A stretch of DNA of 64,000 bases, taken from Alphaproteobacteria bacterium (GTDB lineage Bacteria; Pseudomonadota; Alphaproteobacteria; JBFXJJ01). The stretch is from NCBI GenBank assembly GCA_050175015.1, contig JBFXJJ010000008.1:47036-111035 (forward strand), given 5' to 3'. The notes beneath the pieces were generated by a model. That model ran no database searches. It saw nothing but the letters and a program-made list of their open reading frames with translations, and was not told the origin of the DNA. Of the stretch, positions 40,347 through 50,019 are shown in pieces. The translations under genes were made by a program, and so were the position numbers. Numbering within the stretch: position 1 is the first letter of the stretch; each line of letters begins with the position of its first letter.

Positions 40347-41666
40347 ATGAAAAAAAACATCTTCCTAATAATTTTGATATTTTTAAACGTTGCTTGCCAT
40401 AAAAAGCAAACAGATTCTATTTTTCTAGAGTTAAATTACCAACCCGAATGGGATAAAATCCCAAATATTTCCAGTATTGAAAAAAACTTTTTAGAAACAA
40501 CTGGATACAACCTTTTCGAACAAAAAGATTTTTGTCTTTCTTATACTGGTTTTGTTAATAATAAAATTAAAACCGATCTAGCTTTAAGATCTAAGTATTG
40601 TTCAGAAGCTCTTTTTGAAAACATCTCTTATGAAAATTATGGCAAACCCATGAATTGCAAAAGGAGCGATTTTGTTAAAACTATAATTGAAGAAGGCTCA
40701 TCTTGGCTGTTGGATCGAAATTGGTCTGATAAAGTTCGCAATAATTGGTTCTGGGATAGATATATTCCTGAAACTCAGACAAACAAATCACTCCTTCTTA
40801 GCGGTCTCTTACTCCCTGCTATATCTTCCAATCTTTTTTTGATGCCAGATTTTATCTACCCTAATGATGACAATCCTGTATGTTTGGCCTTTGCAGATAC
40901 TCATGAATTGATACCAATTACTGAAAAAAACTACCAATATGCCAAAACATATTCTCTTATAAAAATAATTGAATGGGATACCAATATAGCACAAAACAAA
41001 ACTTTAACAAATACCTCTGCCTGGAAAGATCGTTTTGTTGAGGTTGATTATAATAACGATGGTGTAAAAGAATTGATTTATAATGTGTTATTTATTGATG
41101 AATATAACATTACAAGCGATATCAGTTATATTAGCACTTACTCTAAAGAAATTAATTCAGTCAAAGATACTTTAAAACAAAAAAATTTAGATATTAAAGA
41201 TATTGATGACTTAGATAATTTTGTTGAAAAATTTGAAGGAGTAAAAAGTTTAAATATACCTTGTGAATCAAAATATTATGATGCTGAAATGAATAACTTT
41301 TTTACCAATTCTAATTTTTTTGAATTTGAAAATAAAATTTATATTCTCAAGAAAGATAACATTTACTTAATTGAAAAAAACAACTGTCATATTCCTTGTT
41401 CTTTTGAACCAAACAATAAACAAAAACTTCCCTATAGCATCATTAAAGCTCTAGCCGCAAGCTCTCTAACTATTTCCCATGTTCACGAAGATGTTTATTT
41501 ATACGATGAAAGTTTTAATAATGAAATCAAACAACGAGCTCAAGATGCCGCTCCTTACAGCAAAAACAGAGAAATAATTATTCGCCAGATTGAGAACTAT
41601 CTTAAACAAAAGGTAAAAGAACTCTGCGGAACAGACCTAGATAAACTGTCTGGCTCTGATAAATAG
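40347..41666 (+). CDS. Lipoprotein, unknown function
   Basis: MKK-hydrophobic-LNVAC lipobox; VDYNNDG Ca-loop-like motif; 8 bp after peptidase. Confidence 0.65.
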   Translation: MKKNIFLIILIFLNVACHKKQTDSIFLELNYQPEWDKIPNISSIEKNFLETTGYNLFEQKDFCLSYTGFVNNKIKTDLALRSKYCSEALFENISYENYGKPMNCKRSDFVKTIIEEGSSWLLDRNWSDKVRNNWFWDRYIPETQTNKSLLLSGLLLPAISSNLFLMPDFIYPNDDNPVCLAFADTHELIPITEKNYQYAKTYSLIKIIEWDTNIAQNKTLTNTSAWKDRFVEVDYNNDGVKELIYNVLFIDEYNITSDISYISTYSKEINSVKDTLKQKNLDIKDIDDLDNFVEKFEGVKSLNIPCESKYYDAEMNNFFTNSNFFEFENKIYILKKDNIYLIEKNNCHIPCSFEPNNKQKLPYSIIKALAASSLTISHVHEDVYLYDESFNNEIKQRAQDAAPYSKNREIIIRQIENYLKQKVKELCGTDLDKLSGSDK

Positions 41667-41721
41667 TTTCAAGTAAAATCAGATGAATTGCTACTTGTTT
41701 TGATGCAGACGGCACATAACA

Positions 41722-41961
41722 TTAAAAATTGAGCCTGATGATGAAAAAATAAAACAATTTTTTAAAAGTTTTATATTTTCTAAGCCATCTAAATAAAAAA
41801 ACTAAAAAAGCAGTAATGACAACTGCAAAAATTCCCATATAGATTGTTTGCTTAATATCATTATCAAGCAACTCTTGATTGGGCATAAAATCATCTGCTC
41901 TTGCCATTTTATTTATAAAACATAGTCCTAAAAATAATAAAAAATTAAATATTTTTTTCAT
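41722..41961 (-). CDS. Small membrane protein, possibly truncated
   Basis: Signal-like N-terminus plus TM helix. Confidence 0.4.
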   Translation of the reverse strand: MKKIFNFLLFLGLCFINKMARADDFMPNQELLDNDIKQTIYMGIFAVVITAFLVFLFRWLRKYKTFKKLFYFFIIRLNF

Positions 41962-41989
41962 AAAGAACCTACTAACATTCTTTAAATCA

Positions 41990-43150
41990 TTATTTACAGT
42001 TTAGATATTTAAAGGCAAGGTCGTTTAAGAAAAAGAAGCATTTTTCTAGCTGTTCTAACTCGATATATTCATCAGGTTTGTGTGCTTGTTCAATATTTCC
42101 TGGTCCTAAGATTATGGTTGGAATTTTAAGCGTTTCATAAAAGAAGCCAGCTTCAGTTCCATAAGCTACTTTAGAATTTCCTGTGGACTGGGTGTTTTCC
42201 TTTGCAAAACTAAAAATATCATTGTCAAAGAAATTATAATTTAATCCAGGGTAGCTAAAAAGTTTTTCAATTTCTATCGCCGCACAGCCATATTTTGCTT
42301 CTCCAGTTCTGGTTAGATTTTTTGCTAATTCGAAAATATGGTTGATATAAGAATTCACATCATCTTGAGCTATGTGGCGGATTTCAAAATTAAACTCGCA
42401 TAAATTAGGGACAATGTTTCGAGCCGTTCCGCCTTTTATTGTTCCTGTGTGTATGGTCGAAAAAGGAATATCAAAATCATTGTCTCTAAAGCCATCTTTT
42501 TCTATGGTTTTCTGCATATCTCTAAGCTCATTAATGAAGTCTAGCGCAAGATATATGGCATTTTGATATAAGGGAGATAGACTTGAATGCGCCTCTTGTC
42601 CTCGGCATAACACTTTAAAAGCAGTATTGCCTTTGTGGGCGGTAACAAGATTCATAGAAGTTGGCTCTCCGACAATGCAGAATTCAGGTTTTATATCTCG
42701 GTTTTTTATCAAATCCAGCATACGGCAAACGCCTAAACAGCCTAGTTCTTCGTCGTATGAAAAAGCTAAGTGAATAGGTTTTGACAGTTCTTTGTTATGA
42801 ATCTTTTCTGCTAAAGCAAGACAGCAGGCGATAAAGCCTTTCATATCAGCTGTGCCTCTGCCGAATAACTTCTTTTCTTTTGTGGTAAGAGTGTAAGGAT
42901 TGCTGTGCCATATTTGGTTAGCCGTAGGAACAATATCGGTATGACCAGATAAAACAATGCCGCCCTGATTGCTCTTGCCTATCGTTGCAAAGATATTGGC
43001 TTTATCTTTTTTGTCATTGTATATAACTTCATTTTTGATATTCAAGGTAGTCAAAAAAGTTTTGATATATTCTATAAGTTCAAGGTTGCTATTGCTGCTT
43101 GTTGTGTCAAAAGCTATTAGTTTTGTAAGAATTTCTAAGGTTCGTTTCAT
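41990..43150 (-). CDS. argE: Acetylornithine deacetylase (M20)
   Basis: LSGHTD.VP, GRGTADMKGF, SYDEE.GC.G, GEPT, AHKPDEY. Confidence 0.9.
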   Translation of the reverse strand: MKRTLEILTKLIAFDTTSSNSNLELIEYIKTFLTTLNIKNEVIYNDKKDKANIFATIGKSNQGGIVLSGHTDIVPTANQIWHSNPYTLTTKEKKLFGRGTADMKGFIACCLALAEKIHNKELSKPIHLAFSYDEELGCLGVCRMLDLIKNRDIKPEFCIVGEPTSMNLVTAHKGNTAFKVLCRGQEAHSSLSPLYQNAIYLALDFINELRDMQKTIEKDGFRDNDFDIPFSTIHTGTIKGGTARNIVPNLCEFNFEIRHIAQDDVNSYINHIFELAKNLTRTGEAKYGCAAIEIEKLFSYPGLNYNFFDNDIFSFAKENTQSTGNSKVAYGTEAGFFYETLKIPTIILGPGNIEQAHKPDEYIELEQLEKCFFFLNDLAFKYLNCK

Positions 43151-43266
43151 ATTTAAAAAGCCATAATAAAAAATTGCAGTTAATTATAAGATTGAATTTA
43201 TATTTTGAAAATAAATTTTATTTGTTGTTTTTTGTCAAAAAAAAGACTATTTTTATTATTAATAAT

Positions 43267-44088
43267 ATGATGGAGAAGATATTGCAAAAACAACAAAAAG
43301 AAGAATTAAACAAGCTTTTTTCAAGTCTTGAAACTGTTGTCAGCGAAGAAGAGAAGCTTATTGTTAAAAAGCTTTTAGCAAGATTTCAGGGTTTTTCTGA
43401 CTGGAGCAAAGACCATTTTGAAAGAGTTGGTTGTATGGCTGAGGCTTTTGCCAAGCATCTTGGTGCAAGCGAAAATGCAGCCAAAAATTTGGGATTAGCT
43501 GCAACTCTTCACGATGTTGGTAAAATCAATATACCAAAAGAGATTATCAATACTAAAGTGCCTTTAGGCAAAGAAGCCTTTGATAAATTTTTTAAACCTC
43601 ACGCGGCTGACAGCATAAAAATATTAGAAAAAGAGTTTGCGAACAAGAATACCGCATTTGCAAAAGTTGTTATAGCTATGAGCGCTGATCATCACGAAAA
43701 GTGCAATGGTTCTGGTTATCCCTTAGGTAAAAAGGAACAAGACATATCTATAGAAGGGCAGATAGCTTCTTTATGTGATGTTTTTGATGCGATGAATTAT
43801 TCCAGACCATATCAAAAAGGACATTCTCAAGGCGATATTTTATGTCGTATGATTGACCCTGAGAATACTAATTTTACGGGTGCTTTTAATTCTGATTTAT
43901 TGAATAAATTTGTTGCATTTAGAATTTCTGAATATGAAAAAGATAAGAGTAAAGAAGATTTTCCAGAAAGACTTAAAATGTCAGAGGAAGAACGCACTAA
44001 AATAGGAAAATATATCGCCGATAGTATTAAGAAAGCTATTAGCCATAGCACCGTTTTGGAAGTTGCTTTGGCAAAACGGGTTCGCTAA
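43267..44088 (+). CDS. Stand-alone HD-GYP phosphodiesterase
   Basis: LHDVGK, HHEK.NGSGYP, DVFDAM..RPY; start moved to MMEKIL. Confidence 0.85.
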   Translation: MMEKILQKQQKEELNKLFSSLETVVSEEEKLIVKKLLARFQGFSDWSKDHFERVGCMAEAFAKHLGASENAAKNLGLAATLHDVGKINIPKEIINTKVPLGKEAFDKFFKPHAADSIKILEKEFANKNTAFAKVVIAMSADHHEKCNGSGYPLGKKEQDISIEGQIASLCDVFDAMNYSRPYQKGHSQGDILCRMIDPENTNFTGAFNSDLLNKFVAFRISEYEKDKSKEDFPERLKMSEEERTKIGKYIADSIKKAISHSTVLEVALAKRVR

Positions 44089-44140
44089 AAGATTTAGATA
44101 TGTTTTAAAGTTATTTGTTATATTTTTTTGGTTTTTGATA

Positions 44141-45103
44141 ATGGGCAAAGAAGCAAAAAAAGAAGTAAATCTAATAATTTCGGATATAGATAATACTATT
44201 GCCGATTTTTTTGATACGTGGAGCAAAAGCTTTGCCGCAGCGGTTGCAATGCTGTCTGCTAGTCGTGGAATATCAGAACAAGATATTTATGAAGATATTA
44301 AGCAGAATACGCCGCCAACGTTTCGTTTTAGCCCTAATGTAAGCGGTTTGATAAAAAATACTCCTATTCTTCAGCCTAAGAATGAGGAAGAGCAGAAGCG
44401 CTTTTTAAAAGATGATGCAAAAATTATTCATAAGATTAATAAAATGAGAGCCCGCGGAGATAAAGCCTATACGGGCGTTATTGCCACTTTAAAAAAAGCA
44501 AAAAAGCAAGGGGCAAAGGTGGTTCTTTATACCGATTCTCCACTTAAGACAGCGGTCGGAAGACTTGCTAATATGGATTTTCCTGTTGAACTTTTAGATG
44601 GGTTATATACTAGAAAAGATGATGGTTCTTATGAGCCGCCATTGTTTGCTAAGGGAAAATTTGCTTCTTATTGGTCGTTGTTAGAAAAAAGTTTGGGATC
44701 AAATATTGTAGAACATAAAGACCGCAAACCTAATCTAGATGTTATGAACTGCATTATGAAAAGTGTTGGTGTTTCTAACCCTAAACGTGTGGTAATGGTT
44801 GGCGACAGTATTAAGTCTGATGGGGGCAGCGGCATTGGTGCAGGCTGCGAATTTGCTTGGGCGAAATATGGCGCTAAATCGTCAGAAAACACCCGCCAAG
44901 TTTATCAAAAGATCAATGATAAAGGACACGTTAAATTTGGGATAGAAGCTAATCTTGAACAAATTAATGATGGAAACAGACCAAGTGTTGTTTTAGAAAA
45001 TGGTTTTATGGAACTATCTAAACATTATAGTTTTGTATCTCCTGATAACAACAAAGAATTAAATAAGTCTTTGTTGTTACAAAAGGCTTCTAGCGGCAGA
45101 TAA
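44141..45103 (+). CDS. HAD-family phosphatase
   Basis: DIDNT, LYTD, RKPN, MVGDS..SD; start moved to MGKEAK. Confidence 0.8.
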   Translation: MGKEAKKEVNLIISDIDNTIADFFDTWSKSFAAAVAMLSASRGISEQDIYEDIKQNTPPTFRFSPNVSGLIKNTPILQPKNEEEQKRFLKDDAKIIHKINKMRARGDKAYTGVIATLKKAKKQGAKVVLYTDSPLKTAVGRLANMDFPVELLDGLYTRKDDGSYEPPLFAKGKFASYWSLLEKSLGSNIVEHKDRKPNLDVMNCIMKSVGVSNPKRVVMVGDSIKSDGGSGIGAGCEFAWAKYGAKSSENTRQVYQKINDKGHVKFGIEANLEQINDGNRPSVVLENGFMELSKHYSFVSPDNNKELNKSLLLQKASSGR

Positions 45104-45135
45104 AGCGGCGTTAAAATTTTTTAAGGACATTAATA

Positions 45136-46686
45136 ATGGCTAAAAATCAAGAAACTAATTGGTATTTGGAATTAGAAAACAGATATAAAAAAATATCGAA
45201 GTTAAGTGAAATTTCCGAATTGTTAGAATGGGATAGCGCCATTTGTCTTCCTGAAAAAGCCGCAGATAATAGAGGTGATCAACAAGCTGTTTTAAAAGGC
45301 TTGATTCACGATGAGATGACTAGTCCTGAATGGCAAAATATTTTTGAAGGTGCCGAAAAGCAAGATGGACTTAATGATTGGCAGAAAGCTAACATTCGTG
45401 AAGCAAAAAGGCTTTGGGTTCACGCAACTTGTGTCCCTAAAGAGCTTGTTGAAAAGCAAGCTAAAGCCGTTAATTCGTGTCAAGATGCTTGGCGAAAAGC
45501 AAAGAAGGAAAATGACTTTAAGTCATATGCTCCGCATTTACAGAAAGTTATGACCATCAACCGAGAAATAGCTAAAATAAAGTCAGAAAAATTGGGGCTT
45601 TCTCTTTATGATGCAATGCTTGACGAGTATCAGCCTGGGCTTAAATCGGAGACGATTGATAAAGTTTTTGGTGATTTAAAAACGTTTTTACCTAAAGCTA
45701 TTCAAGAAATATCACAGAAGCAAGGGGCTTCAAGGCCAGAGTTTAAAGAAGATTACCCTGTTGAAAAACAAAAGGCTTTTTTAACTGAAATTATGCAAAA
45801 TATGGAATTTGATTTTGCAAGAGGGCGTATGGATAGAGGAAGCAGTGCTTTTCTGCTCGATTTAGGGAATGATGCCAGAGTTGTTTCTCGTTTTGATGAA
45901 AAAAATCCGTTACGTTCCGTTATATCTGGTATGCACGAGACGGGACATGCCTTGTATGAACAACACCGTCCTTTAGAATGGGCGGATCAACCCGTGGGCA
46001 AGCATCGTGGGATTGGGGTTCACGAGAGCCAATCATTATTAATGGTTTCTCAAGTTTATCAAAGTCCAGAGTTTATGGGATATGTAGCTGAAAAAATGCA
46101 CAAATATTATAACACGGAAGAAACTAAACCTGAGAACTTAAAGGCTAAAATAAGCAAAGTTGAACCATCACTAATCAGAGTTAACGCTGATGATGTAACT
46201 TATCCTTTACATGTTATAATGCGTTACGAAATAGAGAAAGATTTGCTTGAAGGTAAAATGAATGTTTCTGATTTACCTAAAGTCTGGGGAGAAAAAAGCA
46301 AAGAATATTTAGGTGTTGAGCCTCAAACTGATACGCAAGGCTGTTTGCAAGATGTTCATTGGTCTTCAGGTTATATGGGCTATTTTCCTAACTATGCGAT
46401 AGGAACGTTGCTTGCGGCACAGTTTTTTGAAGCCGCCAAAAAAGAAAAGCCCGAAATTGCAGATGAGTTAAAACAAGGCAGCTTTAAGTCTTTGAATAAT
46501 TGGCTTTCTAAAAACGTTCATCAAAAAGCAAGCTTAAATAGTTTTGAAGATTTAATTAAAGAAGCTACAGGCAAAGAATTTTCAGCTGAGGCTTTTAAGC
46601 GTTCCATAAGAGATAAGTATCATCTAAATGGCAACGACAATGCTCTTCAAAATGTAGTCAAAAACAAAAAACAGCAAAATAAATAA
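45136..46686 (+). CDS. M32 carboxypeptidase
   Basis: HETGHALYEQ, HESQSL, IRV.AD..TYPLH, GCLQDVHW, GYFP.Y. Confidence 0.92.
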   Translation: MAKNQETNWYLELENRYKKISKLSEISELLEWDSAICLPEKAADNRGDQQAVLKGLIHDEMTSPEWQNIFEGAEKQDGLNDWQKANIREAKRLWVHATCVPKELVEKQAKAVNSCQDAWRKAKKENDFKSYAPHLQKVMTINREIAKIKSEKLGLSLYDAMLDEYQPGLKSETIDKVFGDLKTFLPKAIQEISQKQGASRPEFKEDYPVEKQKAFLTEIMQNMEFDFARGRMDRGSSAFLLDLGNDARVVSRFDEKNPLRSVISGMHETGHALYEQHRPLEWADQPVGKHRGIGVHESQSLLMVSQVYQSPEFMGYVAEKMHKYYNTEETKPENLKAKISKVEPSLIRVNADDVTYPLHVIMRYEIEKDLLEGKMNVSDLPKVWGEKSKEYLGVEPQTDTQGCLQDVHWSSGYMGYFPNYAIGTLLAAQFFEAAKKEKPEIADELKQGSFKSLNNWLSKNVHQKASLNSFEDLIKEATGKEFSAEAFKRSIRDKYHLNGNDNALQNVVKNKKQQNK

Positions 46687-46759
46687 TGCAATGCTAATTG
46701 TTCATCTGCGTTTAGGCAAAAATGGATATATTAATTTTTTGCAATTTAATGGCGTATGA

Positions 46760-47845
46760 TTAACGTTTTTGAGGCTTTAATACTATTTTTAAATCAGATC
46801 CTGATAATGAGTGCTTTTGAATAAGCCATCTGTGGGCATCTTTGATAAAATTTATATCATTTCCAGAAAATAGGCTTTTGGCGTTGTTATCACCTAAAGA
46901 TATCGGTGCTAGATACTGAACAAAAATATCAATTAAGTTTTCTTTTAATAGCTCATTAGCAAGAAAGCCTCCGCCTTCGCATAAAAGATAATGGCAGTTT
47001 TTTTCTTCAAAAAGCCAATTCATACCAGTTTCCAGATTTTCAAAGTTTTTTATTTCGCAGCCAAGTTTTAATAATTCTGCAGCATTTTTAGAATTGATTT
47101 CCTGTTTCGTTGTCCAAAAAATGGTGTCGGCTGCCCTTTTTTGTATTAAATAAAAATCATCATTAAAATTAGGAAGACAGCTAGTTACAACAACAGCTTT
47201 GGGTTGTTTATCTGCGCCGTTTATTCTAGCGGTAAGTTTAGGATTATCGTTAAAAAAGGTGTTTTTGCCAATGATTACAGCGTGGCTGTTTTTTCTCATT
47301 TTGTGAACATCTTTGCGTGAAGCTTCGCAAGAAATCCAAGATGCGTCTCCTGTTTTAGTCGCAATCTTACCATCTAGGCTTGTCGCCATTTTTAAAGTTG
47401 TATATGGGCGCTTATATTTTTTCCATACTATGAAATCTTCAATTAATTCACGACATAAATTTTCTTCAATATTGGTCGTTACATTAACTCCGTTCTGCCG
47501 CAGGAAATCAGCTCCACCACCAGCAACATCAGGATTAATATCTAAACAACCAATAACAACATTTTTTATTTTGCTGTTTATGATAGCTTGGGTGCAAGGC
47601 GGGGTTTTACCATAGTGGTTGCAAGGCTCAAGTGTTACATAAATGGTGCAGTCTTTTAAGTCGATGCCTTTTTTTTGAGCATCATTAATGGCTTCAACTT
47701 CAGCGTGAGGAAACCCCGCTTTTTTATGATAACCTTTAGCAACAATCTGATTGTTTTTGACGATTACAGCCCCAACACAAGGATTGGGGTGGGTTTTCCC
47801 TTTCGCTTTTCTTGCTTCTAAAATGGCCTTTTTCATAAAATTCAT
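46760..47845 (-). CDS. ribD: Bifunctional riboflavin deaminase/reductase
   Basis: PNP.VG, HAE, TLEPCNH.G.TPPC, SLDGKIA, EGGG. Confidence 0.95.
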   Translation of the reverse strand: MNFMKKAILEARKAKGKTHPNPCVGAVIVKNNQIVAKGYHKKAGFPHAEVEAINDAQKKGIDLKDCTIYVTLEPCNHYGKTPPCTQAIINSKIKNVVIGCLDINPDVAGGGADFLRQNGVNVTTNIEENLCRELIEDFIVWKKYKRPYTTLKMATSLDGKIATKTGDASWISCEASRKDVHKMRKNSHAVIIGKNTFFNDNPKLTARINGADKQPKAVVVTSCLPNFNDDFYLIQKRAADTIFWTTKQEINSKNAAELLKLGCEIKNFENLETGMNWLFEEKNCHYLLCEGGGFLANELLKENLIDIFVQYLAPISLGDNNAKSLFSGNDINFIKDAHRWLIQKHSLSGSDLKIVLKPQKR

Positions 47846-48037
47846 TGTTAGTTTAATCCTTAAATTTTATAATAATGGTAAGTTTAGCTAAAAAATATTC
47901 ATTTTTATATGACTAATATTTTTTATGATTAGAACAACATCCCTTAAAACAACGAAGAAAAGACTCTATGACCACTATAAAGCCCTTTTTTTATAGTTTG
48001 AATGTTATACACTATGGTGGTAGTTATGGTTGTTTTT

Positions 48038-48883
48038 TTATGGTCTATAAGAGTCAATATTGATAAGCCAATTTCCTTGAAAGTCTTCTTTTTTTACGCT
48101 GTTCATTTCACTGCCGAGCATCTCTTTAAAACCCAAGGAAGCTTTTTTCATCAAAGGATTTTGATGTTCCAATACCTCAAATGGTGTCGTCTGATTGGGC
48201 ATTAGGGGGCTGTATTCAACTAGTGCAGAAGCATGTGTAATGTAGTTACCATCTTTATCCTTAAATGTTACGACTGCTTGTAGACTATTGATTGGCAAAT
48301 TACAATGGTTTGTAACTTGGCCTTTTGCACTAACGTAACTATGCTCAATAAACCAGCTCCATTTTTCAACAACCAAACAAGTATTAGCTCTTAAATGTCT
48401 CTCTGCCTGCATTCCTTGTTCTGTAACAACAACTTTTTTAGAAATCCATGCAGGCTTATCATTATATGTTATTTGTAGCCAATCATCTTTCTTGTTTATG
48501 TACGTAAAATGATCTTTTAGCTTTACTTTTCCGACCACTTCACCATTGGGTTCCTTTCTAACATTAGCTACCCCCGAACTTACATATATATCTTGAGAAC
48601 CAATGCGGGTACGTGTTGTTAAACTTCCTTTTCTCTCTCCAATTAAGTCAGATATAAAAGAGATAAAAATAAACAAACCAATTCCCCATAACAAACAACC
48701 AGAATGACCATGTTTTGTTTTTATTTTTGCACCACAATGGGGACAGCTCTTTGCCGTATCACTTACTTCTTTATTACATTCTCTGCATTTAATTAGGCTC
48801 ATAAAAAACTCTTTCAAATCTATTATAAATAAAGCACTACATAATATATACAACCAAAACATATAATGGCCAAAAGAAAACAA
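48038..48883 (-). CDS. Zinc-ribbon/TM/SH3/FxLYD-like protein (start may be 48802)
   Basis: C.EC...VSD.A..CPHCG, TM helix, NVR..P..W..I..W SH3b pattern, F.D.DG motif. Confidence 0.6.
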   Translation of the reverse strand: MFSFGHYMFWLYILCSALFIIDLKEFFMSLIKCRECNKEVSDTAKSCPHCGAKIKTKHGHSGCLLWGIGLFIFISFISDLIGERKGSLTTRTRIGSQDIYVSSGVANVRKEPNGEVVGKVKLKDHFTYINKKDDWLQITYNDKPAWISKKVVVTEQGMQAERHLRANTCLVVEKWSWFIEHSYVSAKGQVTNHCNLPINSLQAVVTFKDKDGNYITHASALVEYSPLMPNQTTPFEVLEHQNPLMKKASLGFKEMLGSEMNSVKKEDFQGNWLINIDSYRP

Positions 48884-48932
48884 TATTGTTTACGATGGTT
48901 TGTGTGATTAGATTCTGAGTTATAAAGCAGTA

Positions 48933-48956
48933 AAACCGAGTCAATTGACTCGGTTT
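48933..48956. terminator. Perfect 24-bp palindrome, likely terminator after tRNA-Pro
   Basis: AAACCGAGTCAATTGACTCGGTTT. Confidence 0.5.
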
Positions 48957-49006
48957 AGGCTAAACTAAAAAGTAATAAAAAGTTTAAAAAACCCTTGTTT
49001 TTCAAT

Positions 49007-49083
49007 TGGTCGGAGTGAAAGGATTTGAACCTTCGACCCTTACGTCCCGAACGTAATGCTCTACCAGGCTGAGCTACACTCCG
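49007..49083 (-). tRNA. tRNA-Pro(CGG)
   Basis: Complete 77-nt cloverleaf CGGAGTG...TTCGGGA...TCCGACCA. Confidence 0.97.
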
Positions 49084-49184
49084 ATGAAATTGCATCTAGC
49101 AAGATGATAATAGTTGATTTATCTTTTGTATAATAGTGATATTGTAAAAATATTGGTAAAAAGTAAACATAAAAAACAATCGGT

Positions 49185-49925
49185 ATGACAATAAACAATA
49201 TAGCAACGACAAAAGATGATTTTCTTGGTGGAAAACTTAAAATTATACAGCCTGTTAAAGGGTATCGCGGCGGAATCGACCCTGTTATTTTAGCATCATC
49301 TATCACTCCCGAAAGCGGAAGCTGCATTCTTGAAGTCGGATCTGGAACAGGGATAGCCTCGTTGTGCTTAGCTTCCAGAGTCTTAAATGTTTCTATCAAG
49401 GGAATCGAGAAACAAGAAGAGCTTTATAATTTTTCGCTAGAGAGTGCTAAGTTTAATAACCTTGAAGACAGGGTAAGTTTTTTTAACGCCGATATAAAAA
49501 ATGCTAAAAAAGATATTGAGCATGCTTCTTTTGATTACGTTATAACTAATCCGCCATATTATCTGCCAAGTTTTGTGTCTCCAAATAAACTTAAAGCCAC
49601 AGCAAATGCTGATAGTTCTGCTGATTTAGATTACTGGCTCAAGTTTTGTATTAGAGCATTGAAGCATAAAGGAACGCTGGCGATGATCTTTAATGCTGAA
49701 CGTATTGATGAAATTATGACAATTTTATATGGGAGAGTTGGCGGCATAACAATAACACCTTTGTGGTCTAAGTCAGACAGCGATGCTAAAAGAGTTATTA
49801 TTAAGGCAAGGAAGGGGCTTAAATCACCAACCGCAATAACAAAAGGGCTTTTACTTCATAATGAAGATGGAAGTTTTACAGATAAGGCAAGTCTAATTTT
49901 GCGCCAAGGAGATACTTTGTTTTAA
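49185..49925 (+). CDS. tRNA1(Val) m6A37-type methyltransferase (YfiC/TrmN6 family)
   Basis: FLGG.L.I.QP..GYR.GIDPV.LA, EVGSGTG, NPPY. Confidence 0.85.
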   Translation: MTINNIATTKDDFLGGKLKIIQPVKGYRGGIDPVILASSITPESGSCILEVGSGTGIASLCLASRVLNVSIKGIEKQEELYNFSLESAKFNNLEDRVSFFNADIKNAKKDIEHASFDYVITNPPYYLPSFVSPNKLKATANADSSADLDYWLKFCIRALKHKGTLAMIFNAERIDEIMTILYGRVGGITITPLWSKSDSDAKRVIIKARKGLKSPTAITKGLLLHNEDGSFTDKASLILRQGDTLF

Positions 49926-49939
49926 CTGGTTTATAAATA

Positions 49940-49971
49940 AAAAGCTCTATTAGAGTACTAATAGAGCTTTT
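49940..49971. terminator. Bidirectional intrinsic terminator
   Basis: AAAAGCTCTATTAG-agta-CTAATAGAGCTTTT between convergent genes. Confidence 0.8.
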
Positions 49972-50019
49972 GGTTTTCTATTTAACGGTTTTAGCTGTTT
50001 TTTTAACCGTATATCAAAC

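Noticed and set aside
48038-49083. Island integrated at tRNA-Pro
   Set aside because: No duplicated tRNA-Pro 3' end or integrase seen; only one accessory-looking gene
49061-49399. 112-aa minus-strand ORF
   Set aside because: Shadow of the methyltransferase and overlaps tRNA-Pro
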